A stretch of DNA of 32,629 nt from a virus (lineage: Duplodnaviria > Caudoviricetes): positions 1-32,629 of IMG/VR virus record IMGVR_UViG_3300021961_000356. The stretch is one strand, 5' to 3'. The position numbers and the translations under genes are program-made. The notes under the pieces were generated by a model. It was not told the DNA's origin and made no database searches. It worked only from the letters and a program-made list of their open reading frames with translations. Each line of letters opens with the position of its first letter. The stretch's first letter is position 1. Positions 8,578 to 18,158 of the stretch are shown piece by piece.

Positions 8578-9165
8578 TTATATCAGTCCTTTTTCTTTTT
8601 TCCTTAGTGCATATTTATCTACGGCAGACAAACCACTACTTCTACTTGTATTAGTTGGAGTGCCACTACTGCTGTATTTATTTTTTTTCATATCTCGGTT
8701 ACTAATATTTTTTTGATTACCAGTTGGAGTTGTTGTAGTCCCGGAAACAGCATTAGATGTTGTAGTCCCAGTTGTCATTTTATTTTTCTTAGTTTTAGAT
8801 GAACCACTTGAACTAGAAGTTTTAGATTTAGAACTACTTGAATCAGTATTACCTTTCTTTAAGTTTGCTATGTCTTTTTTTAAACTTGTTTGTTTCTCTG
8901 GTCCAGTCTTTTTTATATACTCTAAATCATCTTTCTTCTTTTGTAGTTTGTCAGTTGCTTTTTGTGATTTATATCTCTTATTAGCAATACTGCCTCTCCA
9001 ATTTCCTTCTTTATCTTTCGCAACAAATTTACCGACTTTGTAACCAGTTTTTGCAATTGCTTTAGCACCTTTATAAGCACCTTTTACTGCACTAGTTGCG
9101 GTTTTTATACCAAGAATTTCATCAACTTGTTGACGACTCTCTCTTATCTCTTGAATAGATTTCAT
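8578..9165 (-). CDS. Lys/Ser/Thr-rich putative internal head protein
   Basis: CTS-like N-terminus MKSIQEIRE; amphipathic basic helix after VDE; low complexity. Confidence 0.6.
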   Translation of the reverse strand: MKSIQEIRESRQQVDEILGIKTATSAVKGAYKGAKAIAKTGYKVGKFVAKDKEGNWRGSIANKRYKSQKATDKLQKKKDDLEYIKKTGPEKQTSLKKDIANLKKGNTDSSSSKSKTSSSSGSSKTKKNKMTTGTTTSNAVSGTTTTPTGNQKNISNRDMKKNKYSSSGTPTNTSRSSGLSAVDKYALRKKEKGLI

Positions 9166-9171
9166 AATTAC

Positions 9172-10728
9172 CTACTGATAATGATTTATGTGTGGTTTAG
9201 TATGATGCCAATTCATTTTTGCGTGGTAACCATTAACACTAAGATGAGGAGCATCTTTGCTTTGGTCATCTGGGTGTCCACTATCATGATGATGAGCAAG
9301 TGAAAAAGCCCTTGCCGTTTCACCAGAGGCACTACCTGCTGATGATTTATACTGTGATGAATTAACTCCATGTTTCCTTAAATCATCTGCCGCAGATTTA
9401 TGTGCTTCAGCGGCCGAATTATGTTCATCTGCTGCCCAACTGTGGCCTTTTGAATGGTCAGGATGGCTAGTTTTAGTGCCTTCTGCCTCTCTTTTATGTG
9501 CGGCAGCCATTGCTTCATGGTCGATTTGGTTTTGTTTATGCCTATGTAAAGCATTATCATGTGCTTCAGCATCGCTCATTGCTTCATTAATATTTTCTTT
9601 TTCACCTAACACCATTCTAAATGCATCAGATAGTTTTTTCATTGAAGCAAGTGGTGATAGTTCTTCCTTAAAACCATCTGCACTTAAATCTTTACGACCT
9701 TTTTGAGATTCGTCTGAAACTTTGTTGATGATGTTTTTGTCACCCTTTTTGCTATCATTAGGTCTTGCTTTACCATTAGGTCCTGCTCTTTCTGCCCTAG
9801 AAGCATCATCATGACCTTTTCTATCATCATCTCTCATTTCAGCACCAGTTTCAATATCTTTTTTCATTTGTTTTGCTCCTGCTCCTTTTAAATTATCTTC
9901 AGGTTTTTCTGCTTTATCTTTATGTGGTGTATGATTTTCTTTTTCAAAAAGACTTAATAACTTACTTTTAATAGAAGTTGATTCAATTCTTCTTTCTGCG
10001 TCTTTGTTAGCAACTTGTTTGTCAGTAGGAACCATACGAACTCTTCTTTTACCATCTGGTGCGAGATACATTTCTGGTTTTTTATCAGCAGAATTCATTG
10101 TTGCTTCCTGTTTTGATTCTGATTTTTTCATGTTATCTACTTTAGGATTCATTTCGACTTCGTTGTCGTTATTACCGTTTTTCTTTTTCATATTTTTAGT
10201 AATTGCTTTTCTTCTTAAATGAAGATATTCATCAGACTTATCTGTATCACCATCATTGTCAATGTCTTTGTCTTTTCTGTCTGCGAATTTCTTTTTAAGT
10301 GCTTTAGGTTGAACTTTGTCCATACCCTCACCATCATCAGACACGTTATTCGTGTTATCTTCTTTGTAAATTTTAGATATTCTTTTCACCATTGCATCAA
10401 ATTTTTTAGGGTCTTTATCATGTGTTTTTTGCACACTATCAACACCACCTCGCATTATTAAGCCATCAACTGCTTTTTGTTCTTTACCCTTATATTTCTT
10501 TCTAACATCTTCGTCTAGTTCAACTTCTTCTTTCTTCATACGCTTTTTCCACATATAGTCTTTTACGACTTTACGGATTTCGTCTGTATTAGTTGTACGT
10601 TTGTTAGCAAACATACCAACGATAACGTCCATAGACTTACCGTCATTAACTGCTTTTTGAATTGCTTTGACGTTTACTTCATTAATCTTTGTTTTTTCAA
10701 GTATGCCTTTTAAACTCTCTAAGTTCAT
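9172..10728 (-). CDS. Large mosaic putative internal head protein with Dx[DN]xDG (EF-hand-like) loop and His-rich C-terminal module
   Basis: Charged low-complexity modules separated by xxE junctions (KINE, ELDE, YKE, NINE); DKDIDNDGDTDKSDEYLHxRRKAI. Confidence 0.65.
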   Translation of the reverse strand: MNLESLKGILEKTKINEVNVKAIQKAVNDGKSMDVIVGMFANKRTTNTDEIRKVVKDYMWKKRMKKEEVELDEDVRKKYKGKEQKAVDGLIMRGGVDSVQKTHDKDPKKFDAMVKRISKIYKEDNTNNVSDDGEGMDKVQPKALKKKFADRKDKDIDNDGDTDKSDEYLHLRRKAITKNMKKKNGNNDNEVEMNPKVDNMKKSESKQEATMNSADKKPEMYLAPDGKRRVRMVPTDKQVANKDAERRIESTSIKSKLLSLFEKENHTPHKDKAEKPEDNLKGAGAKQMKKDIETGAEMRDDDRKGHDDASRAERAGPNGKARPNDSKKGDKNIINKVSDESQKGRKDLSADGFKEELSPLASMKKLSDAFRMVLGEKENINEAMSDAEAHDNALHRHKQNQIDHEAMAAAHKREAEGTKTSHPDHSKGHSWAADEHNSAAEAHKSAADDLRKHGVNSSQYKSSAGSASGETARAFSLAHHHDSGHPDDQSKDAPHLSVNGYHAKMNWHHTKPHINHYQ

Positions 10729-10741
10729 CTATATGTACCCC

Positions 10742-11020
10742 CTACATAAAAATATTTGTTGTTATTGCTCCTGCGACCGCTATTAATACGACCCAGAATA
10801 ACTTCTGTATAAAACTAACAGTCCTTTGATTCTCAAGAACAACTCTTTCGATATCATCTATCTTTCTTGATAAACGATTTGTTCTTTCCATAGAGTTCTG
10901 TTGGTTCTCATGTAAAGAAGTTATCTTTTCTTCAGCACGAGCGAGAGATACCATAGCATCGGCGAGTTTGTCTAATTTATCTTCTATACGTGTCAGTCGA
11001 GTATTAGTCGTTTCTGCCAT
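10742..11020 (-). CDS. Coiled-coil protein with C-terminal TM helix (XhlA/holin-like)
   Basis: RLTRIEDKLDKL heptads; C-terminal LFWVVLIAVAGAI. Confidence 0.6.
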   Translation of the reverse strand: MAETTNTRLTRIEDKLDKLADAMVSLARAEEKITSLHENQQNSMERTNRLSRKIDDIERVVLENQRTVSFIQKLFWVVLIAVAGAITTNIFM

Positions 11021-11064
11021 GTCATCTTTCCCATTTAATTAAATTATAGTTTAAATTACAGTAT

Positions 11065-11072
11065 TATTTATA
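11065..11072 (-). promoter_or_regulatory. T4 late promoter TATAAATA
   Basis: Exact consensus in intergenic gap upstream of 11020. Confidence 0.75.
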
Positions 11073-11076
11073 TAAA

Positions 11077-11673
11077 TTAATTTCCTGCTAGAGGATTATC
11101 TAGTGCCCTTTGTATCTTTTTATTAAGATTTTCGTCTAGATTATTCATTTGACCCTCTACCTTTGTTTCAAATCTGTCAATTTTTTCTGACATTTTTAAA
11201 TCAAATGTATTTAGTAGGTCTCTTACTGTATCAACATTACCTCTATTACGTTCATCTTGTTTATCCATCATATCTTGCACTTTAGCAACATCTTCTCTTA
11301 GTTCCATTTTGATATCATGCATATCACCTTGTAATTGACCAGTCATTTCTTTAAGACTATTTACTTGTGTTGTAACTACTTCATTCATAGCACCATCAAC
11401 TTCTTTTAGTGCTTTGAATTCTTCTTCTATTAATTTTAGTTCTGAAGTAACCATTACCATGTGTTCTTCTACTTCTACAAAGTCACCTAGAAATGCTTCC
11501 ATACTTTGAAATGTATTCCACATAGTAAACATTACATATAATGCTCCTATGAAAGAACTTATTCCTGCCAATGTTGCACCTAGTGTAACTGGTGTGAATT
11601 TAAAACCAAGGATATTCATCTTTGATTCTTTTAAGTTTTCAAACTTTTCTACTGTTTTATCCAAGTCTGCCAT
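11077..11673 (-). CDS. Membrane-anchored coiled-coil protein
   Basis: TM segment LGATLAGISSFIGALYVMF followed by a long heptad-rich region ending ALDNPL. Confidence 0.7.
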   Translation of the reverse strand: MADLDKTVEKFENLKESKMNILGFKFTPVTLGATLAGISSFIGALYVMFTMWNTFQSMEAFLGDFVEVEEHMVMVTSELKLIEEEFKALKEVDGAMNEVVTTQVNSLKEMTGQLQGDMHDIKMELREDVAKVQDMMDKQDERNRGNVDTVRDLLNTFDLKMSEKIDRFETKVEGQMNNLDENLNKKIQRALDNPLAGN

Positions 11674-11682
11674 TTTATTCTC

Positions 11683-13560
11683 CTATTGAAATTGTAAATC
11701 AACTAATTGTTGATGTAATAGTTGTTGTGCGAGGTTGTTACGAGAACTTCCATCTTTTAGTTGTGTAGGTACATAAAATGGTACATCTGGATAATATCCA
11801 TCAGGTATAATCAAACCTTTATAGTCATTAAATCCTGGCACATAATTGATAAATGATACTAACTGCGCCTGTGCCATAATCTGTGCTTCAATTGATTCAG
11901 CAATAGCAAGTGCTTCTGTCAATTGTGTCGCTTTTCGCTGTAGTATCTCTTTCATTTTCTTCTTCTTTGCTAATTCTTTATTATCTTCAGAATCTTTAGA
12001 ATCGCTTTCACTTTCATCTTCAGCATCAACCAACTCCACTTCAGCATCAGAATCTTCGCTTTCGCTATCCATATTATCAGTTTCCATATCTTCTTCATTT
12101 GGTTCCTCTTCGGTTATTTCTTCTTCTGTTGGTTCTTCTTCCAACGGTTCTTCTTCTATTGTTTCTTCTTCAACAACTTCTTCCATTGGTTCTTCAACCA
12201 TTTCTTCTTCTATTGGTTCATCTAAAGTTGTTTCAAATTCTGCTTCAAACTCTTCTTCCATTTGTTGAAGTTCCATTTCTATTTCTGCTTCTAGTGATTC
12301 TTCAAATGTTGATTCAGGAACAGATGTGTCCATTGTCATATCATAACTATCAAAATTATCAAATGACATAGTGTCAAAAGAATCAATAGTTGTTTCTTCA
12401 ACTGGTGTATTGTCAACTACTTCTTCTGTTGTTGTATCAGTTGAAAAAGTGTCCATAGTATATGTATTTAAAGTATCTGTTGTATCGTATGATGATGTAT
12501 CAAAATTATCGTATATATCAAATGATGCATCAGCATAGTCTGTTGTATCTGTATATGTTTCAGTAGTATATCCAGGGCAACCTGTATCGTATTGTGGGTC
12601 AGCGGCACAATAACTATCATACATTAATTCAGCATATGCATCTGCATATCCATCACAATTAGGACTGATTAGTGGATTAGCGGCACAAGCATCAGTCAAA
12701 TTAAAATTAACTATCTTTACATCTGGATTTGTTTGTGATACAATACCTTCTATTTGACCTATCCAACTCATATCATAGTTAGAAGTTTGAGAAGATTCAT
12801 AATATTCAAATTGTTGTACTTTACCATTATCTAAATCACCAGTCATAGCAATTGTTAAAGAATGGTCTCTTACATCAATATCAAAATAGTGTATCTCTAC
12901 AGCATTTTGGTCATCAATCTGTACACCAAAAGTATTGTTATATGTACTGTTGTAATATTCAGATATGTTTCGCCAATAGTATCTTAATGTATCGAAATCG
13001 CCATCATTGTTCGTATCAATTTTACGAGTAAAGAATCCTGTATCATTTACACCATCGCCATCTATATCTCTATTAATATTAATTAAGTCAGTCCATAGTG
13101 CGGAGATAGAATAACTAATAAATGGTATATTATTGTAACTAGTAGAACCTTGTGAAGAATAATAGTTTTGACCAGTATAATCACCAGACAATATGCCTTC
13201 GATATCCTCACCGCTACAACAGAAATTGCTTTGATAAGGATTATTATTAACTGCCAAAAAAGATATGACACCATTACTATGCATGAATGATGTTATAAAT
13301 GTTTTGTCGCTAATAGTAAAATCAAAAGGTATGTCTACTTGAGCATATCCGTCATCAGAAATATTGTATGAAGTTACATCATCATCTTTTTGAGGATTGA
13401 TGAACTCACCACTATTTTCATCTAACTGACAAGAAGAATACCATGGAGTAGCATCACAATCAATACCATACTGATTTACTTCAGACTTGGAGTCTTTAAC
13501 TACAAGAAATAAAACAAGTATTATGTAAAGTATTGAGAATAATCCTGGTCGCCATGTCAT
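11683..13560 (-). CDS. Exported protein: nidogen(NIDO)-like beta domain, Cys repeats, long acidic linker
   Basis: Signal peptide; SDDG..VDIPFDF...SNG.ISF...ALWTDL pattern; CAANPLISPNCDGY/CAADPQYDTGCPGY repeats; E/D-rich tract. Confidence 0.7.
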   Translation of the reverse strand: MTWRPGLFSILYIILVLFLVVKDSKSEVNQYGIDCDATPWYSSCQLDENSGEFINPQKDDDVTSYNISDDGYAQVDIPFDFTISDKTFITSFMHSNGVISFLAVNNNPYQSNFCCSGEDIEGILSGDYTGQNYYSSQGSTSYNNIPFISYSISALWTDLININRDIDGDGVNDTGFFTRKIDTNNDGDFDTLRYYWRNISEYYNSTYNNTFGVQIDDQNAVEIHYFDIDVRDHSLTIAMTGDLDNGKVQQFEYYESSQTSNYDMSWIGQIEGIVSQTNPDVKIVNFNLTDACAANPLISPNCDGYADAYAELMYDSYCAADPQYDTGCPGYTTETYTDTTDYADASFDIYDNFDTSSYDTTDTLNTYTMDTFSTDTTTEEVVDNTPVEETTIDSFDTMSFDNFDSYDMTMDTSVPESTFEESLEAEIEMELQQMEEEFEAEFETTLDEPIEEEMVEEPMEEVVEEETIEEEPLEEEPTEEEITEEEPNEEDMETDNMDSESEDSDAEVELVDAEDESESDSKDSEDNKELAKKKKMKEILQRKATQLTEALAIAESIEAQIMAQAQLVSFINYVPGFNDYKGLIIPDGYYPDVPFYVPTQLKDGSSRNNLAQQLLHQQLVDLQFQ

Positions 13561-14093
13561 TTGTTACTCTTATTCGACCAGTCTTTTTTCACAGGTTCTG
13601 CTACGTATCCAGGAATTCTTTCAGGATTTGCTTCCCATAATGCCTTTGCTTCTTCTCCTATTTTACCTTCATAAGGACATGGTGTCCCTGCCATAACCAT
13701 AGCATGCCAAACTCTTTCATCTTGACAGAGAATTGATACTGCCGCTACCTTCATACCCATATCATAAGTAGTCTTAGCAAGTTTCAGTCTTTCACAGTTT
13801 TTGTCTATAATAGTTACACCTTTTGATATACCAAGTATTTGAGTTTGTAATGCTCCAGACTCTCCTGTTACACAGAGGTCACTATTAGTCGCATTGATAC
13901 TTGGGGATATCGCACTAGGTGGTGGACTATTTACAGTAGACTTAACTGTTGCGTCTGACTTACTTGTAGTGCTTACTGTAGATTCACTTGTTGATTCAGT
14001 AACAACAGGTTCAGCAAAAACAACATAGGAATATGTTGCAATTATACCGAGTACTATTAGTGCTATTGTTTGTTTTTTGAGTGTATTTATCAT
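13557..14093 (-). CDS. Exported Cys-containing protein of unknown function
   Basis: Signal peptide (VFA/EP), S/T linker, PPPSAISP, four Cys (DLC, NCERLK, LCQD, GTPCP). Confidence 0.75.
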   Translation of the reverse strand: MINTLKKQTIALIVLGIIATYSYVVFAEPVVTESTSESTVSTTSKSDATVKSTVNSPPPSAISPSINATNSDLCVTGESGALQTQILGISKGVTIIDKNCERLKLAKTTYDMGMKVAAVSILCQDERVWHAMVMAGTPCPYEGKIGEEAKALWEANPERIPGYVAEPVKKDWSNKSNK

Positions 14094-14098
14094 ACACT

Positions 14099-14106
14099 TA
14101 TTTATA
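14099..14106 (-). promoter_or_regulatory. T4 late promoter TATAAATA
   Basis: Exact consensus 5 nt before ATG 14093. Confidence 0.75.
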
Positions 14107-14122
14107 AAAATAGAGTTATTTA

Positions 14123-15115
14123 TTATTTAAATAATTCTTCATCTAAAATATTTCTTTGACTACCAATTAATTTATCAGTATATTTTTTCATAGCATGAAC
14201 TTTACCTATTCTGCTTCCTACATAAAAATTATTATCTTTATCAATATTTCTCACAATTGTAACAATGTCTTTTGCATATAAGTTTGGAACAAGGTGACAC
14301 ATAGGTATATACATTGTATATGTTAAATCTGTAAAATGTTTTCTATCATACACACTTGAAAATTCTGCGGCAACATTATGTTGACTTAAATTTCTAAAAT
14401 CTATTTTTGTGTGTTCAGCATAATATTGAACATAATATTTAATTTTTTCTTGCCAGTTACTAAATAATTTTTTTAAACTTTTTGAGTTAGAAATCCAGAA
14501 TTTATCATCTACTTTTGTTCCACCTAATGAAGAATGTACTATATAAGGTGTAAAAATAAAACTATCTGGTCTCAAGTCATCTTCTGAAGTACCATGTTTT
14601 CTTTTAGAAGTATATTCTAAAAATTTATTGACTAGTTTTTCATATGCAAAATCTTTTTTTCTATGAAAAAGTAAATCAGTTCTTAATACAAAAACTATAT
14701 CATAATTTTTATTTTTTAATGTATCTACACCTAATGCTTTGCTTATCGTTTGTGCAAACTTTATATAAAAAGTATCTTTTTGTATACCATGTTCTTTTAC
14801 TTTATTCCACAAAGAATCAATTATACTATAATCATATAAATCACATTTAATATTATCATTTTTTACTAGTGTGTTTTTTAAATCTTCACCTACATCAAAT
14901 ACTTTGTATTTATTTGTGTTTCTCTTTCTATCATTATTTTCAGGATAAATACTTGTATATTCAAAATATTTATTCCATATACAATAATGTATATCTACTT
15001 GTGCATCTAAAAAAGTTTTAATTCTTGAAATAAAAGACTCGTGTTCAGATAAAGTTTCTTCAACCATTCTTGGTTGACCAAAGTAGAGAAATAATATTTT
15101 TAATTGTTTTTCCAT
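14123..15115 (-). CDS. AT-rich hypothetical protein, possible glycosyltransferase-like
   Basis: GQPR near N-terminus, YDIVxxLRxD and DDxFW motifs seen in phage GT-A-like ORFs. Confidence 0.45.
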   Translation of the reverse strand: MEKQLKILFLYFGQPRMVEETLSEHESFISRIKTFLDAQVDIHYCIWNKYFEYTSIYPENNDRKRNTNKYKVFDVGEDLKNTLVKNDNIKCDLYDYSIIDSLWNKVKEHGIQKDTFYIKFAQTISKALGVDTLKNKNYDIVFVLRTDLLFHRKKDFAYEKLVNKFLEYTSKRKHGTSEDDLRPDSFIFTPYIVHSSLGGTKVDDKFWISNSKSLKKLFSNWQEKIKYYVQYYAEHTKIDFRNLSQHNVAAEFSSVYDRKHFTDLTYTMYIPMCHLVPNLYAKDIVTIVRNIDKDNNFYVGSRIGKVHAMKKYTDKLIGSQRNILDEELFK

Positions 15116-15366
15116 ATCTTCAATACCAAATCGCCTTCACCTTTTATTAATCTATGATAAGTCATCTTTGGTACATGAAAGAGTTTGCCTGGAAGTAAGT
15201 CAAAAGGCATTTTATCATCAAACTGAAATTGCCAACCACTGCCTTCTATGACAGCAATTTCTCTATCTTCTCTATCACGGTGCCATACTAATTCGTCATC
15301 ATCTACATATGACCTAAAGACTCGTATTCCATCTTTTAAGTCAACATAAGGTTTTGTGTCTACCAA
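15100..15366 (-). CDS. Small cupin-like protein
   Basis: WHRDxEDRE...G.GW...PxxTYHRLIKG cupin metal motifs. Confidence 0.7.
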   Translation of the reverse strand: MVDTKPYVDLKDGIRVFRSYVDDDELVWHRDREDREIAVIEGSGWQFQFDDKMPFDLLPGKLFHVPKMTYHRLIKGEGDLVLKIWKNN

Positions 15367-15902
15367 AAGAAATTCCCTCCGCCTGATAATCCTAATTGTT
15401 TCGCATATCTAGGCATATTACATGCCCAGTACCCAGGTTTAGTTCTGTCTTTTTTATCAGAACAATTGTGTCTTGCCGCAAAACTTTTTCTTGCTTCTGG
15501 GTCATTCATTTTATTTTTAAGTCCTGTAGTATCACCCCATGATACTTTTTTAACATTACCAGAACTTGGGTCTTTCACATATACATAATATTTTTTAGGT
15601 CCACCAGACTTCGGTCTGTTTAGTTCTACATCTTTACCATCTGATTCTGCTTCCATCATAGGTGAGTCAAGAGGAACTTTATTTCCTTCGTACTCTGCAA
15701 ATTCACCTATGTCTGTATTCTCTATCAGATGTTTATCTGTTCCTGTAAGTGCAATCTTACCTTCATTGTGTAAGTATCGTACTTCGTTAAATAAACTATA
15801 ATACTTTGATGAACCAACTCTGAATAGTTCACCAAGTGTAATACCATTGTCTATATGATATTGTATTTCTGCACTTTCGTAATGTGATTTAAATTTTAAC
15901 AC
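15360..15902 (-). CDS. Two-module putative internal head protein; C-terminal ARKSFxARHNC domain (DUF6321-like)
   Basis: MLKFKSHYE N-terminus; MME/AE junction; KKYYVYV...KKVSWGD...ARKSFAARHNC...YWAC. Confidence 0.65.
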   Translation of the reverse strand: MLKFKSHYESAEIQYHIDNGITLGELFRVGSSKYYSLFNEVRYLHNEGKIALTGTDKHLIENTDIGEFAEYEGNKVPLDSPMMEAESDGKDVELNRPKSGGPKKYYVYVKDPSSGNVKKVSWGDTTGLKNKMNDPEARKSFAARHNCSDKKDRTKPGYWACNMPRYAKQLGLSGGGNFFW

Positions 15903-16801
15903 TATTTCACCTTTAAAATTGCCTTTTTAATATCAGCGATTGTTGTTGAGTCATTGACTCTTAACACTACAGAATCGCCTAAGATTAATTCTTCACCGTC
16001 CATGTATAATGCCCTATCAAATCTAGGTCTTTTATTTAGATGGGCAATTACTTGTCTATCTTTCTGTAATGTTTTAATAATAGTTTCTACTGGATTTTTT
16101 TCTCTTGCAAAATCTTTTATCTTACTTCTATCTGAAAAAGTTGCTTCAAGAATGTCCTTTGCTTGCCTTCTTAATGATAGCAGATTTGATATTACATTCT
16201 CTTTTACTTCATCATCATCTTCATCTGCTTCATTTTCTGCCTCTAGATAATCTCTAACAGTATCGAGATAATCTGCGGCCTTTGTAATTTTTGCTTGACA
16301 CCATTCAGGTAGATTTGTTTCATCATCTAACATTTCAATAATATCTTCTGCGGCATCCAAGATTGTTTCTAAATCATTTATTGCCATTTCGCCTTCGTAA
16401 TCGTATTCGCCAGCATCAGAGGCGTCTTTAGGACCAATTGCTTCTTCTATTTCTTTACCTGATAACTTATCACGAAATACTTTACGAACATCTGCTTGTG
16501 TAATTCTTTCAACAGATTGTATTGCGTCTGGACTTTTAAACATCTTTCTTAAGTTTGATTTGATTAAACCTGCAGAACTACCATCAAGATACATAGTAGG
16601 AAGTCCTTCAATTTTAACAGCAAAAGTCATTTCTTGTATATTAACATCTTCTTTTGCCATCTTTGTTGCAGTTGCAATCTTTACAGATTTCCAGTCTGCA
16701 CCATATCTCTTTTTGAATTCGGCGTCAGGTAAATCTTTTGCATACTTCTCTCTTTTCTTTAGTTCTTGTCCTGTTAGTTTTCTTTCATGTAAGTTATACA
16801 T
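15902..16801 (-). CDS. Mosaic putative internal head protein
   Basis: Modules separated by E junctions; YEGEMA...LPEWCQAKITKAADYL module seen in T4-like phage proteins. Confidence 0.6.
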   Translation of the reverse strand: MYNLHERKLTGQELKKREKYAKDLPDAEFKKRYGADWKSVKIATATKMAKEDVNIQEMTFAVKIEGLPTMYLDGSSAGLIKSNLRKMFKSPDAIQSVERITQADVRKVFRDKLSGKEIEEAIGPKDASDAGEYDYEGEMAINDLETILDAAEDIIEMLDDETNLPEWCQAKITKAADYLDTVRDYLEAENEADEDDDEVKENVISNLLSLRRQAKDILEATFSDRSKIKDFAREKNPVETIIKTLQKDRQVIAHLNKRPRFDRALYMDGEELILGDSVVLRVNDSTTIADIKKAILKVK

Positions 16802-16811
16802 TTATTCCTCA

Positions 16812-17765
16812 CTATTTAATAACTTTATCTACTGCGCCGCCTAAACCTTTTCCTTTAAGTTTAAGTCGTTTTAATCGTTCTCTTTCTGCTCTTTTTATTT
16901 TAGGCATTAAACGAGCGGCAATCTTTGGTAATACTGCTTTTTTCTTATCAACTATTTTATCTATAGCAATCTTTTGTTGAGGTGAAAGTTTTGCCCATGC
17001 ACCTGCAGATGCCTTTTTACCAAGTAATCGTTTACGAAGTAATCTTCTTGCGGCCTTCTGTGCCCTTCTTTTTAATTGACCAGCATCAGCAAACTTTCTC
17101 ATCTTAATTTTCTTTTTAAGAGCAATTCTCTTAGAAAGTCTTTTCATAATGAGTGCCCTTCTTCGTCTTCCGGCAACACTCAAACCTTCTTCTAACTCTG
17201 ACATAACACTCTCTCTGACTTCTCTATTATACATCTTTGCAAGTTGTCTTGCATCTACACCCTTAAACTGTTTTCCAATTTCTTGTGCATAATATGTGAT
17301 ACTGTGTCTAAGATTGCCTTTACTTTCTTTTTCTTTTCTCTTAACTAAACCTTTTAAAACTTCAAGTGCCCTTTTATAATCATCTCTATGTACAGATTTG
17401 CCCCATAAATCTTTGACAAGTTTGACCATATTGACTGCTTCTTGTTGACCTGGTGTAACTTTTTTCATATGTTTTACAGACGCATTAGTACCATAATCAT
17501 AAGGTTGACTTTCTTTTAGTTTGTTACCTTCTTTATCATATTTACCAGACTTCTTTTTTGCTATTGCAATTGCGGCCTGTTGTGCCCAAGAAGATGTTTC
17601 ACCCATAGGAACTGGGTCCATACCATACTTAACACGATATGCGTTTAGTTGACTGACAAGTTTCTTTTGTTCATCTGAACCTGCTTTAGCATTGAATGCC
17701 TGTCGCATTAGATTCAACATGAATCTTTCATCAAATTCTTCCATTATTTGACAAAACTTTTTCAT
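16812..17765 (-). CDS. Mosaic putative internal head protein with very basic C-terminal domain
   Basis: MKKFCQIMEE start; AQQAAIAIAKK module; after LEE an R/K-rich helical domain (RRRRALIMKRLSKRIALKKK). Confidence 0.65.
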   Translation of the reverse strand: MKKFCQIMEEFDERFMLNLMRQAFNAKAGSDEQKKLVSQLNAYRVKYGMDPVPMGETSSWAQQAAIAIAKKKSGKYDKEGNKLKESQPYDYGTNASVKHMKKVTPGQQEAVNMVKLVKDLWGKSVHRDDYKRALEVLKGLVKRKEKESKGNLRHSITYYAQEIGKQFKGVDARQLAKMYNREVRESVMSELEEGLSVAGRRRRALIMKRLSKRIALKKKIKMRKFADAGQLKRRAQKAARRLLRKRLLGKKASAGAWAKLSPQQKIAIDKIVDKKKAVLPKIAARLMPKIKRAERERLKRLKLKGKGLGGAVDKVIK

Positions 17766-18157
17766 TATCCTTTAACCTTTGATGCTAAATCGCTATCTGC
17801 CTTTCCCCAAGTGCCTGAGGATTTTGTTACAAATGAATTAACTCTTGCAAGTCCCCATTGTTGTGGTGTAGTACCAGGTCTATGACCAGTTCTCCAAGCG
17901 GCAACACCTCTATCATATACTTTCTTTAATATTCCTGCAGGCATACCAGACTTATCTGCTTTCTTTTTAATGGCCGCATCTGCAGATTCTTTAAATGGGT
18001 CAACCATTATAGAACCTTTACCGAGTTTTCTAGTTACATATCTGCCTTGTACTTTAGGATTCCAATCGACTTTCTTTTCTTTGTCTTTGTTTTGAGGATA
18101 ACTACTACTATATCCTCTTGCGATTTTACCGTTACGAATTTCTTTTAAAGTTTTCAT
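17765..18157 (-). CDS. DUF5824-like domain protein, putative internal head protein
   Basis: MKTLKEIR start; SGMPxGILKKVYDRGxAAWRTGHRPGTTPQQWGLARVNSF. Confidence 0.65.
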   Translation of the reverse strand: MKTLKEIRNGKIARGYSSSYPQNKDKEKKVDWNPKVQGRYVTRKLGKGSIMVDPFKESADAAIKKKADKSGMPAGILKKVYDRGVAAWRTGHRPGTTPQQWGLARVNSFVTKSSGTWGKADSDLASKVKG

Positions 18158-18158
18158 T

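Noticed and set aside
11990-12570. Repetitive ttcttc/tcatc/tgtatc tracts as a CRISPR or tandem repeat array
   Set aside because: Codon-level low complexity of the E/D/T-rich linker; no fixed repeat-spacer period
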